DNA of 64,000 bases from Epithemia pelagica (GCA_946965045.2 OX337229.1:5766001-5830000); one strand, 5' to 3'; positions 1 through 11,036 are shown, counted from the stretch's first letter. Made by a program: numbers and translations. The notes: generated by a model not told the origin, from the sequence alone.

Positions 1-1
1 G

Positions 2-667
2 AAGTTCCATTGGACGACATTGAATTGTCGTTTATCAACGGGAAGGGCAGGATGTTGTGCTGTCGCGGTGCACGACCGATACATTGTGGTGATGGGCGGA
101 TTGAGGGGGAAAATCCTGTCGTCGGTGGATATTCTTGATACCAGCAGTCGCACGATAAGTGGGGGGCCGAGCATGAACTTTCCTCGAGCATGTTCTGCCA
201 GTGCGGTCATTGGCCACCGCATCTTTGTCGTTGGAGGCTTTTATGCGGACTCGGTGGAGTATTTGGAATTTGCAAAGACTTGTGAGAATGAGGAGACAAA
301 GGCAGAAACAGTTGCTAAAGTCATTCCCTTCTCCTCCAATTGGATGACTCATTCTGATCCGGTGCTTTCCCGCCCACGAGCTTGTGCAGTGGTTGCCGTG
401 GGATCGTGTCTCGTGGTGGCGGGAGGACTACCGGCAGGAAATTCAACTGTGGAAGTCTTGGATACGCACCGCAACCGCGTGTGGAATCTCCCACAAGTCG
501 GTGATGACCGATATGGCTGTACGATGGTGACTGTTGCCAATCAAATTGCCGTGATTAGTGGACGGCGCAATCCTAGCTGTGCGACAGTACCACTAATGGA
601 CAAGCATACGTGGTGTTTTCGACGACTCTGTGAGCAGCCCAACGAATGGTTTCACCAATGGAAATGA
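2..667 (+). CDS. Kelch-repeat protein, 3' part (5' end lies outside the window)
   Basis: Repeated Kelch signatures: IVVMGG...SSVDILD, PSMNFPRACSASAVIGHRIFVVGG, CLVVAGG...STVEVLD, RYGCTMVTVANQIAVISG. The frame is open back to the window start. Confidence 0.85.
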   Translation, partial: KFHWTTLNCRLSTGRAGCCAVAVHDRYIVVMGGLRGKILSSVDILDTSSRTISGGPSMNFPRACSASAVIGHRIFVVGGFYADSVEYLEFAKTCENEETKAETVAKVIPFSSNWMTHSDPVLSRPRACAVVAVGSCLVVAGGLPAGNSTVEVLDTHRNRVWNLPQVGDDRYGCTMVTVANQIAVISGRRNPSCATVPLMDKHTWCFRRLCEQPNEWFHQWK

Positions 668-1111
668 ATGAGTATTCGAGATGCCAATGCGGCAATCAAT
701 ATAAACCGTGCTAAATGGAAGGATGACACTCGGTGTTGTTGTTTGTTGTTGTACTAGAATTGAGCTTTTGTCAACCAAATTCCTGTGATGGGTTGTCTTG
801 ACGGAAGGAGCATGATCTGCATGAGAAGCAACGACATAAGTTCATGCGACTCATTTCTCACGAGTAGAAGCAAAACTATATTCACTAACAGTAGTTTCAC
901 AAGATCCAAAACTTTCCGTCGACTACTATTCCGTCCAAGAACACAACAGGGCGTTGACTCCATAGAGTCAACTCAAGCAAGTCATTCGAATTGCATCAAT
1001 GTAACACAGTACCTCTCTTCCACCTCGGGTCACATTCGACTATTCAACACAGGTATATGACAAGCAAGTATGTGTGATTTGCAGAAGTATTGGGGTTGCA
1101 TCCGTTACAAT

Positions 1112-4100
1112 CTACCCCTCCAGCATCGTGCCTCCCATCAGAACAGCCTCCGTATCCAGTTCGGCAACTAGCTGAGAGGCAGGTTGTAACATATTTGCTT
1201 GTCCAATGCCTTTGCTTGTCGTTGCAGCATCTACATGAAGAACGGTGCTGCGCCGCGACGATGACTTTCCAACGCGTTTCCATATCCATAGATTTTTCCG
1301 ATCGGTAACAAGAACCTTTGCCCGACGAGGACAATCGCACAACTCTTTCAACGCAGGGCCCTGGCACAATTTCCAACGATCTTCCGCGTTTGCACTTGCT
1401 GAAACGTCCACGATTGTCGACGAAGTAGAAGGTAACGCTGCGGTCGCAACCGTACGGCCGCGACGACGGCAATGCAATACAAAATCCGGTTGATTCCGTT
1501 TGGTCATACCCAATCCAAAAATCGCATCGATATCCGAGAATCTACATTGGACAGTGAATTTCGGAGGACTGTCATGAGTATCACGAACGAAATGAACAAC
1601 TTCACTCCTTTCTTCGTTGTTCTCGTGCGGAATGACAGCCAACAATCCACCAGTCTGGGTGGAGGACCCCAACTTGACGTCACTCGGCAAATCCCACACC
1701 ACGCGGTTCATATGAGAACATGTGAAATGCCATAACCCTGGCTCCAGCAGCTGATTCTGGTTGCTATCTGGCTGCAAAAGCAATGACGATGGCTGTTTGC
1801 GACTGAGAGCGTCCCGCTTTTCTCCGGTACTTGTGTTTGCGTCGTCGAAGGGCGGTACGAACAACCAAACACTATCATCCCTCTCTGCGCCGCGATATAG
1901 AACCGCATTGCTTGGGACATTCTGACATACAATATTTCCATTCGGATACTCACTGTCAAATCGAATCAGATCTGTACTCGACTGCGCAGAGGACTTGGGA
2001 ACAAGAGCGTAAATGCCTCCAAGGCCGTCACCCATCATCATTGAACAAACACATGGTACTTGGTACGCGACAGTGCCGCAAGTTCCAGTTCCTGCCCAGA
2101 CCTGTGTCAAATTCCAACAGTCGATTGAATCAGACTGGGACCTCTCTTCCTTGGTGCGATTCCTGAGCCACACTGACCCATTGGGACCACCTGGAATGAA
2201 CTCTGCCGAAGAAGGAAACGTCCCACGGCTGACGGCGAGCAAGTGACTGAGACTGTTTCCCTGTTCTGGATTATTTTCTTTGCTTTCAGATTCGTCCAAT
2301 GTGGATGGCAGGTGAACAAATGACAAGGTGAGTTGTTCCTCTTCTATATCGCTGTTCAAAGATCTGCTTTCAACTGTGGAAGCTGCTGCTGATGATGACG
2401 ACGATGAAAGAATCCACGTTCCCTTATGAGGAGGAGGAGTCCATTGACCAATTGGCTCCAGCTCGGGCATATCACGGTATGGATCGGGTGGTGGCGCCGG
2501 AGCTGGTTCTGGAGCCCGGCGGGCTGCCGCGTTTTTCTTTTTCTTTTTTCGTTTCTTTCGTTTTCTCTTTGCAGTCGCATTTTGGCCAGTTGCCGAGCGA
2601 ACCTTGTCCTGTCCACTACCGTCTTCGTCATCATCGTCCGTTTCGTCGTATGAATAGCGTTCCGAAAGGGTACTGGAATCGCGTTTGTTTTGACGTGGTA
2701 TCAGCGGAGGCGGTTCATCCTCACTGTCATCGTCGCTGTCGCTGGAACCCATTGAACGGGCTGTGGCTGTAGACCTCTCTTGTACGGGACGACGAGGCAC
2801 GAGTGGTGGCAAGTCGTCTTCATCCGAAGAGTCATCATCACTGTCATTTCCCGGAGTTGGTGCAGTGTCTTGTAGGGAACGTCGAGAAACTAAGGGTGGC
2901 AAGTCGTCGTCGTCATCGGACGAGTCATTATCACTGTCATTTCCCGGAGCTGGAACTGCGCGCTGATTGTCTGCACCGGAACGCCGAGGTACAAGTGGCG
3001 GCAAATCATCCTCGTCCTCCGACGAGTCATCCGCACTGTCATGCCCGGGGGATCGCGGAGCACTACGGTTCGCGTCATTGCTTCCACTCGGTCGTCCCTC
3101 CAACTCATCCTCCTCCGAACTGCTCGAACAACTCCGCCGACGTAGTATCAACGGTGGCGGTCCGTCATCGTCGTCGTCATCGGATGAAGACGATTCTCCA
3201 GAGGGACTGTTCTTTTCTCGATTGCCTCGGTCACCCATCAGGTTTTCTTCGTCCGAACTACTGTTGGCTTGATCGCGTTGAATCAACGGCGGGGGACCAT
3301 CGGAATCCAATGACGAATCCGAGGGACTCGTATTATTGTCCTCATCATCCCCTTGCGGTCTTTGATCAGTCCGACCCGAACCACCTGTAAGATTGGTGGT
3401 GGTCGTTCCTACAGCGTGCCGTTCCCGTTGCCCCGTAGTGGTTGTCATGGATGGGGATCCTTGGTCAACCATTCCTCGACCTGCTTGACCACGACCACCT
3501 CGACCTGTTCGACCACCACCTGTTGGACCACGACCTGTTCCACCTCGAGCAGTGGAATTGTTTGCTCTTTGAGGCGTCGGTGTTGCAGCCGGTCCAGACC
3601 ATTGACGACCTGATCTTGTTTCCACCCATCCATCCGTGTCGGTTTGTGTTTGTGGCTGGTTGGATGATTGTCCACGGCCAGCCTGCCCCCCACCCGAACG
3701 ACCTCGACCTTGTGGTTGGGTGGATGATCGTCCACGGCCAGCCTGGCCCCCACCCGAACGACCTCGACCTTGTGGTTGGGTGGATGATTGTCCACGGCCA
3801 GCCCGGCCCCCACCCGAACGACCTCGACCACCACCACCACCTCGAGAATTATTGATCGTTGTACTTTGACCAGTGCCTCGTTGCGGGTTGGTTTCATTGG
3901 ATGGTCGTCCACGACCACCCCCACCTCGAGAATGGGTGCCTGTTGGCATTTCATTGGATGGTCTGCCTCGACCACGACCACCACCTCGAGAAGCGGTGGT
4001 TGTGGATCGAGTTTCACTCGCAGCAGCAGAGGTGCCTTGGGAGGACGGCTCTTGTCGTCGTCCTCTTCCTCGACCCGCAGCAGCTGTCCGGCCACGACCC

Positions 4101-5428
4101 TGCGAGGATCGTGTTGCCGTTCCAGTCGGTTGGCCCTGTCCTCGTCTGCGAGAGAGTGAGGAGGATGGTCTCGCAGGGTCCGTAGTAGCAGCGGGCAGTG
4201 GAGCCAGTTCGACACTGTCATCGTCCTCATTGTGTCTCGGCAAGAGGGGTGGCAGCGAATCCTCACTATCATCCTCATCACTGTCCGGATTGTCATTGTT
4301 GTCGTTCATATGTCTCGAAACGAGGGGTGGAAGAGAATTGTCGCTCTCCTCCTCATCCTCTTGATCATCATTATCATTTGTATCATTGGTACGATTGTTT
4401 TGGAACCGGGAATCCATCAAATCAGGGAGATCGTCGGAATCATCATCCTCACTCCAACGGTTGGCCTCTTGCTGATTCCGCCGCAATCCAGTGCTCCTTG
4501 TTGGTTGACTTCGAAAAAACGGATTCTGCGGGGAATTGGGTTCCAGTAGCCCCGCATCCCAGTCGTCGGCCAAAGGTTCATAGTCGTCGTCGTCGTCACC
4601 ATCATCATCATCATCATCATCCATGTCATCGATAAATTCATTTTGGTGATAGTCATTTCGGACTGTGGTTCCTTGACGTGTTTGTATGGTTCGTCTCGTT
4701 TGACTTTGGGGAGGCGGCCGCATCATTCGCAAAAAAGGTGGTGGTGCAGCGGTTGTAGAGGTTGTGGTTCTTTGATCTCCCGTCGACTCGTCGTCGTCGT
4801 CGTCGTCGTCCTGGTTGTTGTCCCAAGGGGATTCTTGTGGACGTTGAGTTGATGTTGTGGTGGTTGGTTGGGGTGGCGGTTCTTCCTCCACAAAAATTTC
4901 GGAACCAACTTCCAGGAGTCCCCCCAAGCGTTGAAAATCGTCTTGACACAGGACATGGCCACAGGGCAAGACGAGGACGGGTTGTTTTGTGGGAACTTGA
5001 CGACACACGGGACACGTCCAGGCCGGTGGATGATTGTTGTTGTTGTTACTACTGTGATTGCTGGGTTGTCCACCCAAATACATGGCCCGTGCGCCATGGG
5101 AACACTGGAATCGACTGCCATGCGATGGCTGGACCTTGTTGTTGTTGTTGTTGTTGATGGTGGTTTGGTTGTTATTGTTGTGGTTGTTGTTGTCGTTGTC
5201 TGGTTCGTATCCTTGTGGCCCATGAATCCACTGACATACGGGGCAGGTCATTCCACCATCGCCATTATCATCAACATTATCGGGCCCGGGTGATGATTTG
5301 GCTCGAGGAGGAGGCCTCGTGATTGTGGTTGTGGCTGGAAGACAAGACGACGACGACAAGGACATGATGGTTTGGAGAGTGCGTGCACTTGCTGAAGTAT
5401 CTCGAACCAAAGAGCTTCTGGATGGCAA
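1112..5428 (-). CDS. Large protein with an N-terminal degenerate RING-like Zn finger, an acidic/RG-rich disordered middle and a folded C-terminal region
   Basis: 1438-codon ORF. CPVC...PCGHVLC RING-like motif (last CxxC absent). About 10 acidic (D/E)xxPPL motifs and GRG repeats. True start codon uncertain. Confidence 0.7.
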   Translation of the reverse strand: MPSRSSLVRDTSASARTLQTIMSLSSSSCLPATTTITRPPPRAKSSPGPDNVDDNGDGGMTCPVCQWIHGPQGYEPDNDNNNHNNNNQTTINNNNNNKVQPSHGSRFQCSHGARAMYLGGQPSNHSSNNNNNHPPAWTCPVCRQVPTKQPVLVLPCGHVLCQDDFQRLGGLLEVGSEIFVEEEPPPQPTTTTSTQRPQESPWDNNQDDDDDDDESTGDQRTTTSTTAAPPPFLRMMRPPPQSQTRRTIQTRQGTTVRNDYHQNEFIDDMDDDDDDDGDDDDDYEPLADDWDAGLLEPNSPQNPFFRSQPTRSTGLRRNQQEANRWSEDDDSDDLPDLMDSRFQNNRTNDTNDNDDQEDEEESDNSLPPLVSRHMNDNNDNPDSDEDDSEDSLPPLLPRHNEDDDSVELAPLPAATTDPARPSSSLSRRRGQGQPTGTATRSSQGRGRTAAAGRGRGRRQEPSSQGTSAAASETRSTTTASRGGGRGRGRPSNEMPTGTHSRGGGGRGRPSNETNPQRGTGQSTTINNSRGGGGGRGRSGGGRAGRGQSSTQPQGRGRSGGGQAGRGRSSTQPQGRGRSGGGQAGRGQSSNQPQTQTDTDGWVETRSGRQWSGPAATPTPQRANNSTARGGTGRGPTGGGRTGRGGRGQAGRGMVDQGSPSMTTTTGQRERHAVGTTTTNLTGGSGRTDQRPQGDDEDNNTSPSDSSLDSDGPPPLIQRDQANSSSDEENLMGDRGNREKNSPSGESSSSDDDDDDGPPPLILRRRSCSSSSEEDELEGRPSGSNDANRSAPRSPGHDSADDSSEDEDDLPPLVPRRSGADNQRAVPAPGNDSDNDSSDDDDDLPPLVSRRSLQDTAPTPGNDSDDDSSDEDDLPPLVPRRPVQERSTATARSMGSSDSDDDSEDEPPPLIPRQNKRDSSTLSERYSYDETDDDDEDGSGQDKVRSATGQNATAKRKRKKRKKKKKNAAARRAPEPAPAPPPDPYRDMPELEPIGQWTPPPHKGTWILSSSSSSAAASTVESRSLNSDIEEEQLTLSFVHLPSTLDESESKENNPEQGNSLSHLLAVSRGTFPSSAEFIPGGPNGSVWLRNRTKEERSQSDSIDCWNLTQVWAGTGTCGTVAYQVPCVCSMMMGDGLGGIYALVPKSSAQSSTDLIRFDSEYPNGNIVCQNVPSNAVLYRGAERDDSVWLFVPPFDDANTSTGEKRDALSRKQPSSLLLQPDSNQNQLLEPGLWHFTCSHMNRVVWDLPSDVKLGSSTQTGGLLAVIPHENNEERSEVVHFVRDTHDSPPKFTVQCRFSDIDAIFGLGMTKRNQPDFVLHCRRRGRTVATAALPSTSSTIVDVSASANAEDRWKLCQGPALKELCDCPRRAKVLVTDRKNLWIWKRVGKSSSRRSTVLHVDAATTSKGIGQANMLQPASQLVAELDTEAVLMGGTMLEG
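3657..3829. repeat. ~3 x 60-bp coding tandem repeat (GRGRSGGGxAGRGxSSxQPQ)
   Basis: Sequence lines starting 3661, 3721 and 3781 are near-identical, giving a 60-bp period. Confidence 0.9.
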
Positions 5429-5998
5429 TGGTGGTGGTGTAATCTATCGTCGAGTCTGTGTGTTGTGGTAGCTGTTAGCTGTTAGGTAGATCCAGGGACA
5501 CTTACACACCTGTCCACCACACAGACGACGAGAAGAACCAACAAAACGAAAAGAGAACACCACCACCACGCCAATGAATGGCAACGAGACAGAGAGAGAG
5601 AGCAAGAGCACTAGGGAGATGTATATCGTTTTGTTGGAAGCAGCCGTAAAAGATTGAGAAGAGAGAAATGAACGAGACGAGAGAATGTGTGTCACGAAAA
5701 AAACCCGGGACGAGTCCCGTCAAAACATGAATGAAATGACTTTTGCTACACGTCCTTCATCTCGGCGCCACATAGCAACGGCGGTGGCCTTCTCGCTAGC
5801 TACTCCTAACGTGCGCTCCGTCGGCGCACGCTCGTCGCATCAGTCGTGCGAAATTCGCACCTGCTTCCATCAGTCGTGCGAAATTCGCAACATCAGTCGT
5901 GCGAAATTCGCACCTGCTTCCGAGTGTCGGAACGGCTACGTGTACACAAAAGTCAAAGTATCGGTAGTGAGGACTCCTCTATTAGTTGTTCGACCATC

Positions 5999-6469
5999 AT
6001 GGTCTCTCCGACCAACGACACGGCCTATGTCGTCATGGCTTCCCACAACAACATTCCAGACCATGAAAGACGAGGAGAACAAGGAGGAGAACGTCTTGGG
6101 GACGGCGTGCCCGTCGTCAAAGAGCCTTCCACCACCATCCCCAAACCACCCGGACAATACCAACACCAACACCAACAACACAACGGATCCACATCACCCA
6201 CAACCACCACCATGGCGGCGGATAGTAGAGAGCCACTACAGTGTTGTGACTTGCGTTGGTTGCTCATTGTGCTCAACCTGGTCCTCTTGGCTGTGGTGTG
6301 TTTGTTGTTGGACAAGGACCAAGACTTTTTGGATATTGGCTACCTGGTCTTGGCCATTCTATCCGGTTGGAATCTGTTCATATTGTTGGCAATGATGCAT
6401 GGTTGGTTTTGGTGGAAGCACTCCGAGGACGCGAGAGAGAACCCTACCCCTATGAATCTGTCTATCTAG
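5999..6469 (+). CDS. Small membrane protein, copy 1 (internally deleted relative to copy 2 at 37353-38060)
   Basis: Hydrophobic segments WLLIVLNLVLLAVVCLLL and YLVLAILSGWNLFILLAMM. Lacks the ~230-bp block, including an intron, present in copy 2. Confidence 0.5.
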   Translation: MVSPTNDTAYVVMASHNNIPDHERRGEQGGERLGDGVPVVKEPSTTIPKPPGQYQHQHQQHNGSTSPTTTTMAADSREPLQCCDLRWLLIVLNLVLLAVVCLLLDKDQDFLDIGYLVLAILSGWNLFILLAMMHGWFWWKHSEDARENPTPMNLSI

Positions 6470-6755
6470 TGCTGCTGTGTCAGTGTCAAATCCTGTACTG
6501 TCGCTTGAAAGTATACTACAAACAATGTATCTTTACCATCATGGAAGCACAGACGGAGCCTTGAGGTGACCAGTCCTGGTCTCTTTCTTGTTCTCTCAAC
6601 GAAGCAAAAAAATTCGGGGTAAAGCATTGTTTCGACTAGATAGCCAAGGTTGTGCTTCCTATCGACTTGTGTGTGTGCGTGTGTGTTCTATAGTATGGGA
6701 CAAGAAGGATCATTCCTCGATTGGTGCTTTACAAACCAATGACAGTCCACTGTCA

Positions 6756-7352
6756 TTACTCGTCTTCCTTCTTGTCTTCTCGGTCCTCTTCTTGTTTGTA
6801 ACCGTCGGCTTGTGGAGGTTGCGGCGGTGTAGTAGCACTGCCACGAAACAATTGGACCATGTACAGTTTGCCATCGCTGCCCTTGGCCGTCCCAATGCCA
6901 AATTCGGTAAATTGCTTGCCCAAAATATTTTGTTTGCTGGCACAGTCTCGTCGTCGTCTTTGCTGTGCTGTTTCATTGTTCATGAATTCGTCATGCATTT
7001 CTTGGACACTAGCTCCTCGTTGAATGTTTTCTCCCACAATGGGAGACTGCACCACGTCTTGCAAGGCCTCGAGAGACGAGGCCGAATGCATGAGGGATAA
7101 TTGTTCCGCCATGGTTTGGGCATGATCGAGACGAATTTCATCCGATTCGACGCTCCGTTTCAAACTGGATCGTCCTCGCAAGGCCCGTTCCTTGTTGATG
7201 AGGGTATGGGCACTGCAAAAGCCCAAACTGCCCGGCGTCGATACCAACAATCGTTGTTTGGATTCGGAGGATGACGACGACGACGAATGGTCGTTGTCAT
7301 TTTCATCGACCGACAGTTGAGCACAAGAGAGCGAAGACTTGTCCATTGTCAT
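6756..7352 (-). CDS. Hypothetical protein (198 aa), intact copy
   Basis: ATG-initiated ORF. Its duplicate at 38347-38943 carries a nonsense codon. Confidence 0.55.
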   Translation of the reverse strand: MTMDKSSLSCAQLSVDENDNDHSSSSSSSESKQRLLVSTPGSLGFCSAHTLINKERALRGRSSLKRSVESDEIRLDHAQTMAEQLSLMHSASSLEALQDVVQSPIVGENIQRGASVQEMHDEFMNNETAQQRRRRDCASKQNILGKQFTEFGIGTAKGSDGKLYMVQLFRGSATTPPQPPQADGYKQEEDREDKKEDE

Positions 7353-7551
7353 GGTACTGAATGAATGGCAGAGTAGATTTGTTATGCTTTCTATCGCACC
7401 CGAGATAGGTCTTATTTGTGACGTCGAATGAGTTTGTCTCTTTGGTTAGTGTCCACCGTGTCTTGTTTCTTTTTTGCAAGCTGCAAACGGTTGCGAGTTG
7501 CGCCCAAGAACCTCGGGAGAATTCGACGGGGAGCGTGTACGAGTATGAGGT

Positions 7552-7972
7552 TTGTTGCTTCCCCGTGAACTTACTGTAGACGACGATGCATGCAGCAATC
7601 CCGGGTCAAGACCAAAGACAGACGGGCGCGAAATAGTTGTTATGCCCCAAATACACATTAACCCAGACTCTTTACTCGGAAGCACAACCAACACCAACCA
7701 TACGGGCACACGCACAGAAACAGAAGGAGACCGGGAAAACAAAAAAAAAGGAACCACAGAAGAGACAGAGGATTATAATATTCCATGGCGTCTCCCTTGT
7801 TGTCATCCCCTAATGAGACGAACGACAGGAGCCCACACCAACAAACTCAAACAAGATAAAGAATCGGAAATACACGTCGAGAGTCTCGATCCCACTCTTT
7901 CACCCCCCGATCCGTACCAAGACCCCACCAGTGGTTGTGGTGGCAGTATAATCATGTTTTGTCAATTGGTGC
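7552..7972 (+). pseudogene. 5' part of the small membrane-protein gene, cut by the retrotransposon insertion
   Basis: Nearly identical to 41593-42012 up to ...MFCQLV, then runs into element sequence. The intact copy continues LPFFCAY... Confidence 0.75.
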
Positions 7973-8165
7973 GTGTCTGTCGTGCTTACGTCGGAGCGGG
8001 GCAGTTGATCGCACATAGACTAGTACGAGCCCCACTGGACTTGGACATCTTTGTTGCGATGGACAAGCTCACAATTCTTGAGATTGCGAGCATTGCAACT
8101 GCATCCTCAAGACAAGGTCCACTGATAGATAGATCTAAGACTCTCAAAAACAACCTTGGTTTACG

Positions 8166-11036
8166 ATGACTGTTACTACCCCCTTTGATGAAGGAGATAT
8201 GTTCTCTGGTGTGTTGGATACCGATTCCGGCCCTCCTCCCCTTTCGGTGGCGAACGATTCCCGCAGCGGGACTCCTTCGTTGGCGCAAGTCATTTCCCAA
8301 CCTTCCTACCATGAATCCCACCATGGGACTGGAGATGACGATGATTTGTTGAGCCTCGACGGTGCTACCCACCCCGATGGAGGTTCTTCTGGCGGTGGCG
8401 AAGTTTCGGATTCCAAGGATGACGACCTCGATGACTATCCGACTCCGAAGAATCAACCTAAGCGCTCTTCTTCCCCAGCTCCTTTGCTCACTAAGAAGAA
8501 GTCTTCTTCCGCTTCTGCTCGTGTTTCTTCCGTGAAGAAAGATACCCCTACCACGACCTCTACGAAGAAGTCCTCTATTGTGCACCAGCCTGATTCTTTG
8601 TCCTCGATGCCGAATCTGTCCCGCCGCTCTGACTTGTTCAAGATGCCAGTCCCGATCCCTCAAAAGGTTCTCGATGCTGTTGAGAATCTTGCCCCTGAAG
8701 ATTGGTCCGACTCTTTTTGCCTCCCGTTTCATCAGATGATGGACCGACTCCCGAACTCTTGGTTAGAGTTTAACAAGAAGTTTTATTCAGTGACGACGAC
8801 TGACCAATTCCATCACTTCCTATCGTGCGAATTGGGTTCCTCTTCTCCTATGGCCTTCCTGGGAGTTGATCGTCGCGGCAAGATTCGTGTGATTCATAAC
8901 TTGATTGTTGCCCCGGACACGGGAAACTTCATGAATCCGATCCCGATTTTTATGGGTCTTACCCATTCGTCGTTCGATAGCTCTCCGTTCATGTTCGATC
9001 CCGATGACGTCGACGCACTTCTTCTGAACGTTGAGTATACTGATGTTCCTTCGGTTGCCGAGATTGTTAAAGCTTGTTGCTTTGATGATGCCTCCCCTGG
9101 TGGTATTTCTTCGTCGAGTCCTCGCCCTATTGGTGCAGCTCCGAAGTTCCGGTTTGATTCCTTACGCTTTGGTTCCCTCAAGAAAGCATCCCGTGCGTTT
9201 GACGAGGCTGATTCTACCTTCTGTTGCAAAGGATTGTTCCCGATTCATCCTTCCCTTTCAGGTGTGTTGTTGAATCATTTCAAGCTCATGGAGATTGGCT
9301 CGAACCGCTGCTCGGCTCCTTCATTGGCCTCGTTGATTTTCGAATTTATCCACGATCGTTGGTCTATTTCGACACCTTTTGAGACCAAGATGAAGTATAG
9401 CTCGTTCCCCATGAATCATGACTTGGTCCGTTTTAGTCATGAGTTGTTTCGTTTTCTGTGGTGTGCCCATCATCGTGCCTCTAAACTTGAGCATATCTCT
9501 CTCGAGATGCCTCCTGACCATGACGATGCGAAGAAAGTGTTCATTGCTCATTGCATGAAGATTTTCCCCAAGCTTTCCCCCCAGGTCTCTAACCAACAAC
9601 GTCGGTCGGTCTCCTTTCTCCCTCCCGAGAATTCCGATGACCCGATCCCCGTTCCCAAAGGACCGCCCCCGACTTTTGCGACGGATTCCCAGCACCCGAT
9701 CCCACAACATGCGCGAGTTGTTGCAAACCCTAACCAAGGTGTCTCTGCCGATACCGTTTACATGACCGAGAAATTGTCGGAGAGTTTTTCGGACGCTATC
9801 GCAAAACACACTTCGACGATCACTAAAGACAAAGATGAAGAGAAGAAGGAAATATTCAAGCACACGACCCACCTCCGGAACGCGATTGTTTTCGGTCAAG
9901 TCGGTCCCTCAAGCTCTTCCCTCCCTTCATCTCCTTCCGAGATTGCCACAGAATTGTTCCGACAGAAGAGTACCCACACCCTTTATTCGACTATCCATGC
10001 GCGAGTTTTTCGCAAGTCGGATAATGCGTGTTACATTCTGTTTGGGCAAGTTGGTGTTCTTCAAAAATTTGGTCTTCGATGGCGAGGCAATGATCATCCC
10101 AGCGGATTCTCCCCATTCTCCTTCGATCCTTATTGCTGTTCTGGTCCGGACTCTCACTTAGCATTGGACCACGATATTCAACATGCAATTTACGAGAGCT
10201 CGTTGAGAAGTGATAACGGACTCTCGACGAAGGATATGCGGGACATCTTTGTCAATGAGAAGCTATTTTGCCCTCTGACTTGCGATGAATACCAAACCCA
10301 GCTTCGATCATTTTATTTGTTCGCCTGTGCCATCTGGAACAATGAATGTTTTGTTGCATTGCAACTCCACAAGATGGTCGAACATATTATATCCAACAGA
10401 TACATCTACCGAAGTTCTCAAGCTATGGATCCAACGTTCCTTTGTCGAGTACTCTTTTCGTTGGATTTTGCGGTCCAGCGGTTTATCGACTCGTATCTCG
10501 AAGATGCTCAGTGCGTTGAAGATATTCGGGCTGATCGTCTTGATTATCACGTGAATAAGTTATGCGACAAGATTGAATCCAAAGAAGATATTTGTCGCAT
10601 GCTTCCCAAGTTTATCGAGACGGCAATTCGGTCTAAGGCGAAGGTTCATAATGACGCTATGAAAGTTTCTTCGTCCTCTGGTGGTGGTGGTGGCGGTGAT
10701 TCTTCCTCCCCCAAGAAACGAAAAGACCCGAACGGCGATTTAAATTCTGGGCCCCGTCCCACGATTGTGCGTTTCGACTCTCCCAACGAATGGTGTATCC
10801 CAGCAGATCTCCAGTACTCGAAGGTGTTTAATCGCTCCATACTTTCCTCGATTCCCCGTATGACTGTCGATGGGACCGACCGTCCCTTTTGCAACAAGCT
10901 TTTCACCTTACGTTACTGCCGAAACGGAAACAACTGTCAATTTAGCCATGCTGACCCTCGAGAGCACGGTAAGGGACCGGCGATGACTGCCTTCTACAAG
11001 AAAGCCTTCTCCGAAGCGAAGAAGACCTCTTCTTGA
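8166..11036 (+). CDS. Gag-like ORF1 of YR retrotransposon with C-terminal CCCH zinc finger
   Basis: 956 aa. C-x8-C-x5-C-x3-H motif (CNKLFTLRYCRNGNNCQFSH) near the C-terminus. Lies directly upstream of the pol frame. Confidence 0.75.
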   Translation: MTVTTPFDEGDMFSGVLDTDSGPPPLSVANDSRSGTPSLAQVISQPSYHESHHGTGDDDDLLSLDGATHPDGGSSGGGEVSDSKDDDLDDYPTPKNQPKRSSSPAPLLTKKKSSSASARVSSVKKDTPTTTSTKKSSIVHQPDSLSSMPNLSRRSDLFKMPVPIPQKVLDAVENLAPEDWSDSFCLPFHQMMDRLPNSWLEFNKKFYSVTTTDQFHHFLSCELGSSSPMAFLGVDRRGKIRVIHNLIVAPDTGNFMNPIPIFMGLTHSSFDSSPFMFDPDDVDALLLNVEYTDVPSVAEIVKACCFDDASPGGISSSSPRPIGAAPKFRFDSLRFGSLKKASRAFDEADSTFCCKGLFPIHPSLSGVLLNHFKLMEIGSNRCSAPSLASLIFEFIHDRWSISTPFETKMKYSSFPMNHDLVRFSHELFRFLWCAHHRASKLEHISLEMPPDHDDAKKVFIAHCMKIFPKLSPQVSNQQRRSVSFLPPENSDDPIPVPKGPPPTFATDSQHPIPQHARVVANPNQGVSADTVYMTEKLSESFSDAIAKHTSTITKDKDEEKKEIFKHTTHLRNAIVFGQVGPSSSSLPSSPSEIATELFRQKSTHTLYSTIHARVFRKSDNACYILFGQVGVLQKFGLRWRGNDHPSGFSPFSFDPYCCSGPDSHLALDHDIQHAIYESSLRSDNGLSTKDMRDIFVNEKLFCPLTCDEYQTQLRSFYLFACAIWNNECFVALQLHKMVEHIISNRYIYRSSQAMDPTFLCRVLFSLDFAVQRFIDSYLEDAQCVEDIRADRLDYHVNKLCDKIESKEDICRMLPKFIETAIRSKAKVHNDAMKVSSSSGGGGGGDSSSPKKRKDPNGDLNSGPRPTIVRFDSPNEWCIPADLQYSKVFNRSILSSIPRMTVDGTDRPFCNKLFTLRYCRNGNNCQFSHADPREHGKGPAMTAFYKKAFSEAKKTSS

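Larger units (their letters stand above)
4035..7972. repeat. Segmental duplication, copy 1 (homologous to 31716-42012 after removing two insertions)
   Basis: ccttgggaggacggctcttgtcgtc at 4035 matches 31716. Colinear similarity continues to gtcaattggtgc at 7961-7972, matching 42002-42012. Confidence 0.93.

Noticed and set aside
953-972. Perfect 8-bp hairpin gttgactc-cata-gagtcaac downstream of the RING gene
   Set aside because: A single short stem is expected by chance in 64 kb, and prokaryote-style terminators do not apply to this eukaryotic DNA.
4780-5200. (gtc)n, (gtt)n and (aac)n runs here and elsewhere, and (ga)n at ~48727-48755
   Set aside because: Ordinary microsatellites, mostly encoding poly-Asp/Asn/Thr tracts typical of this genome; not telomeric.
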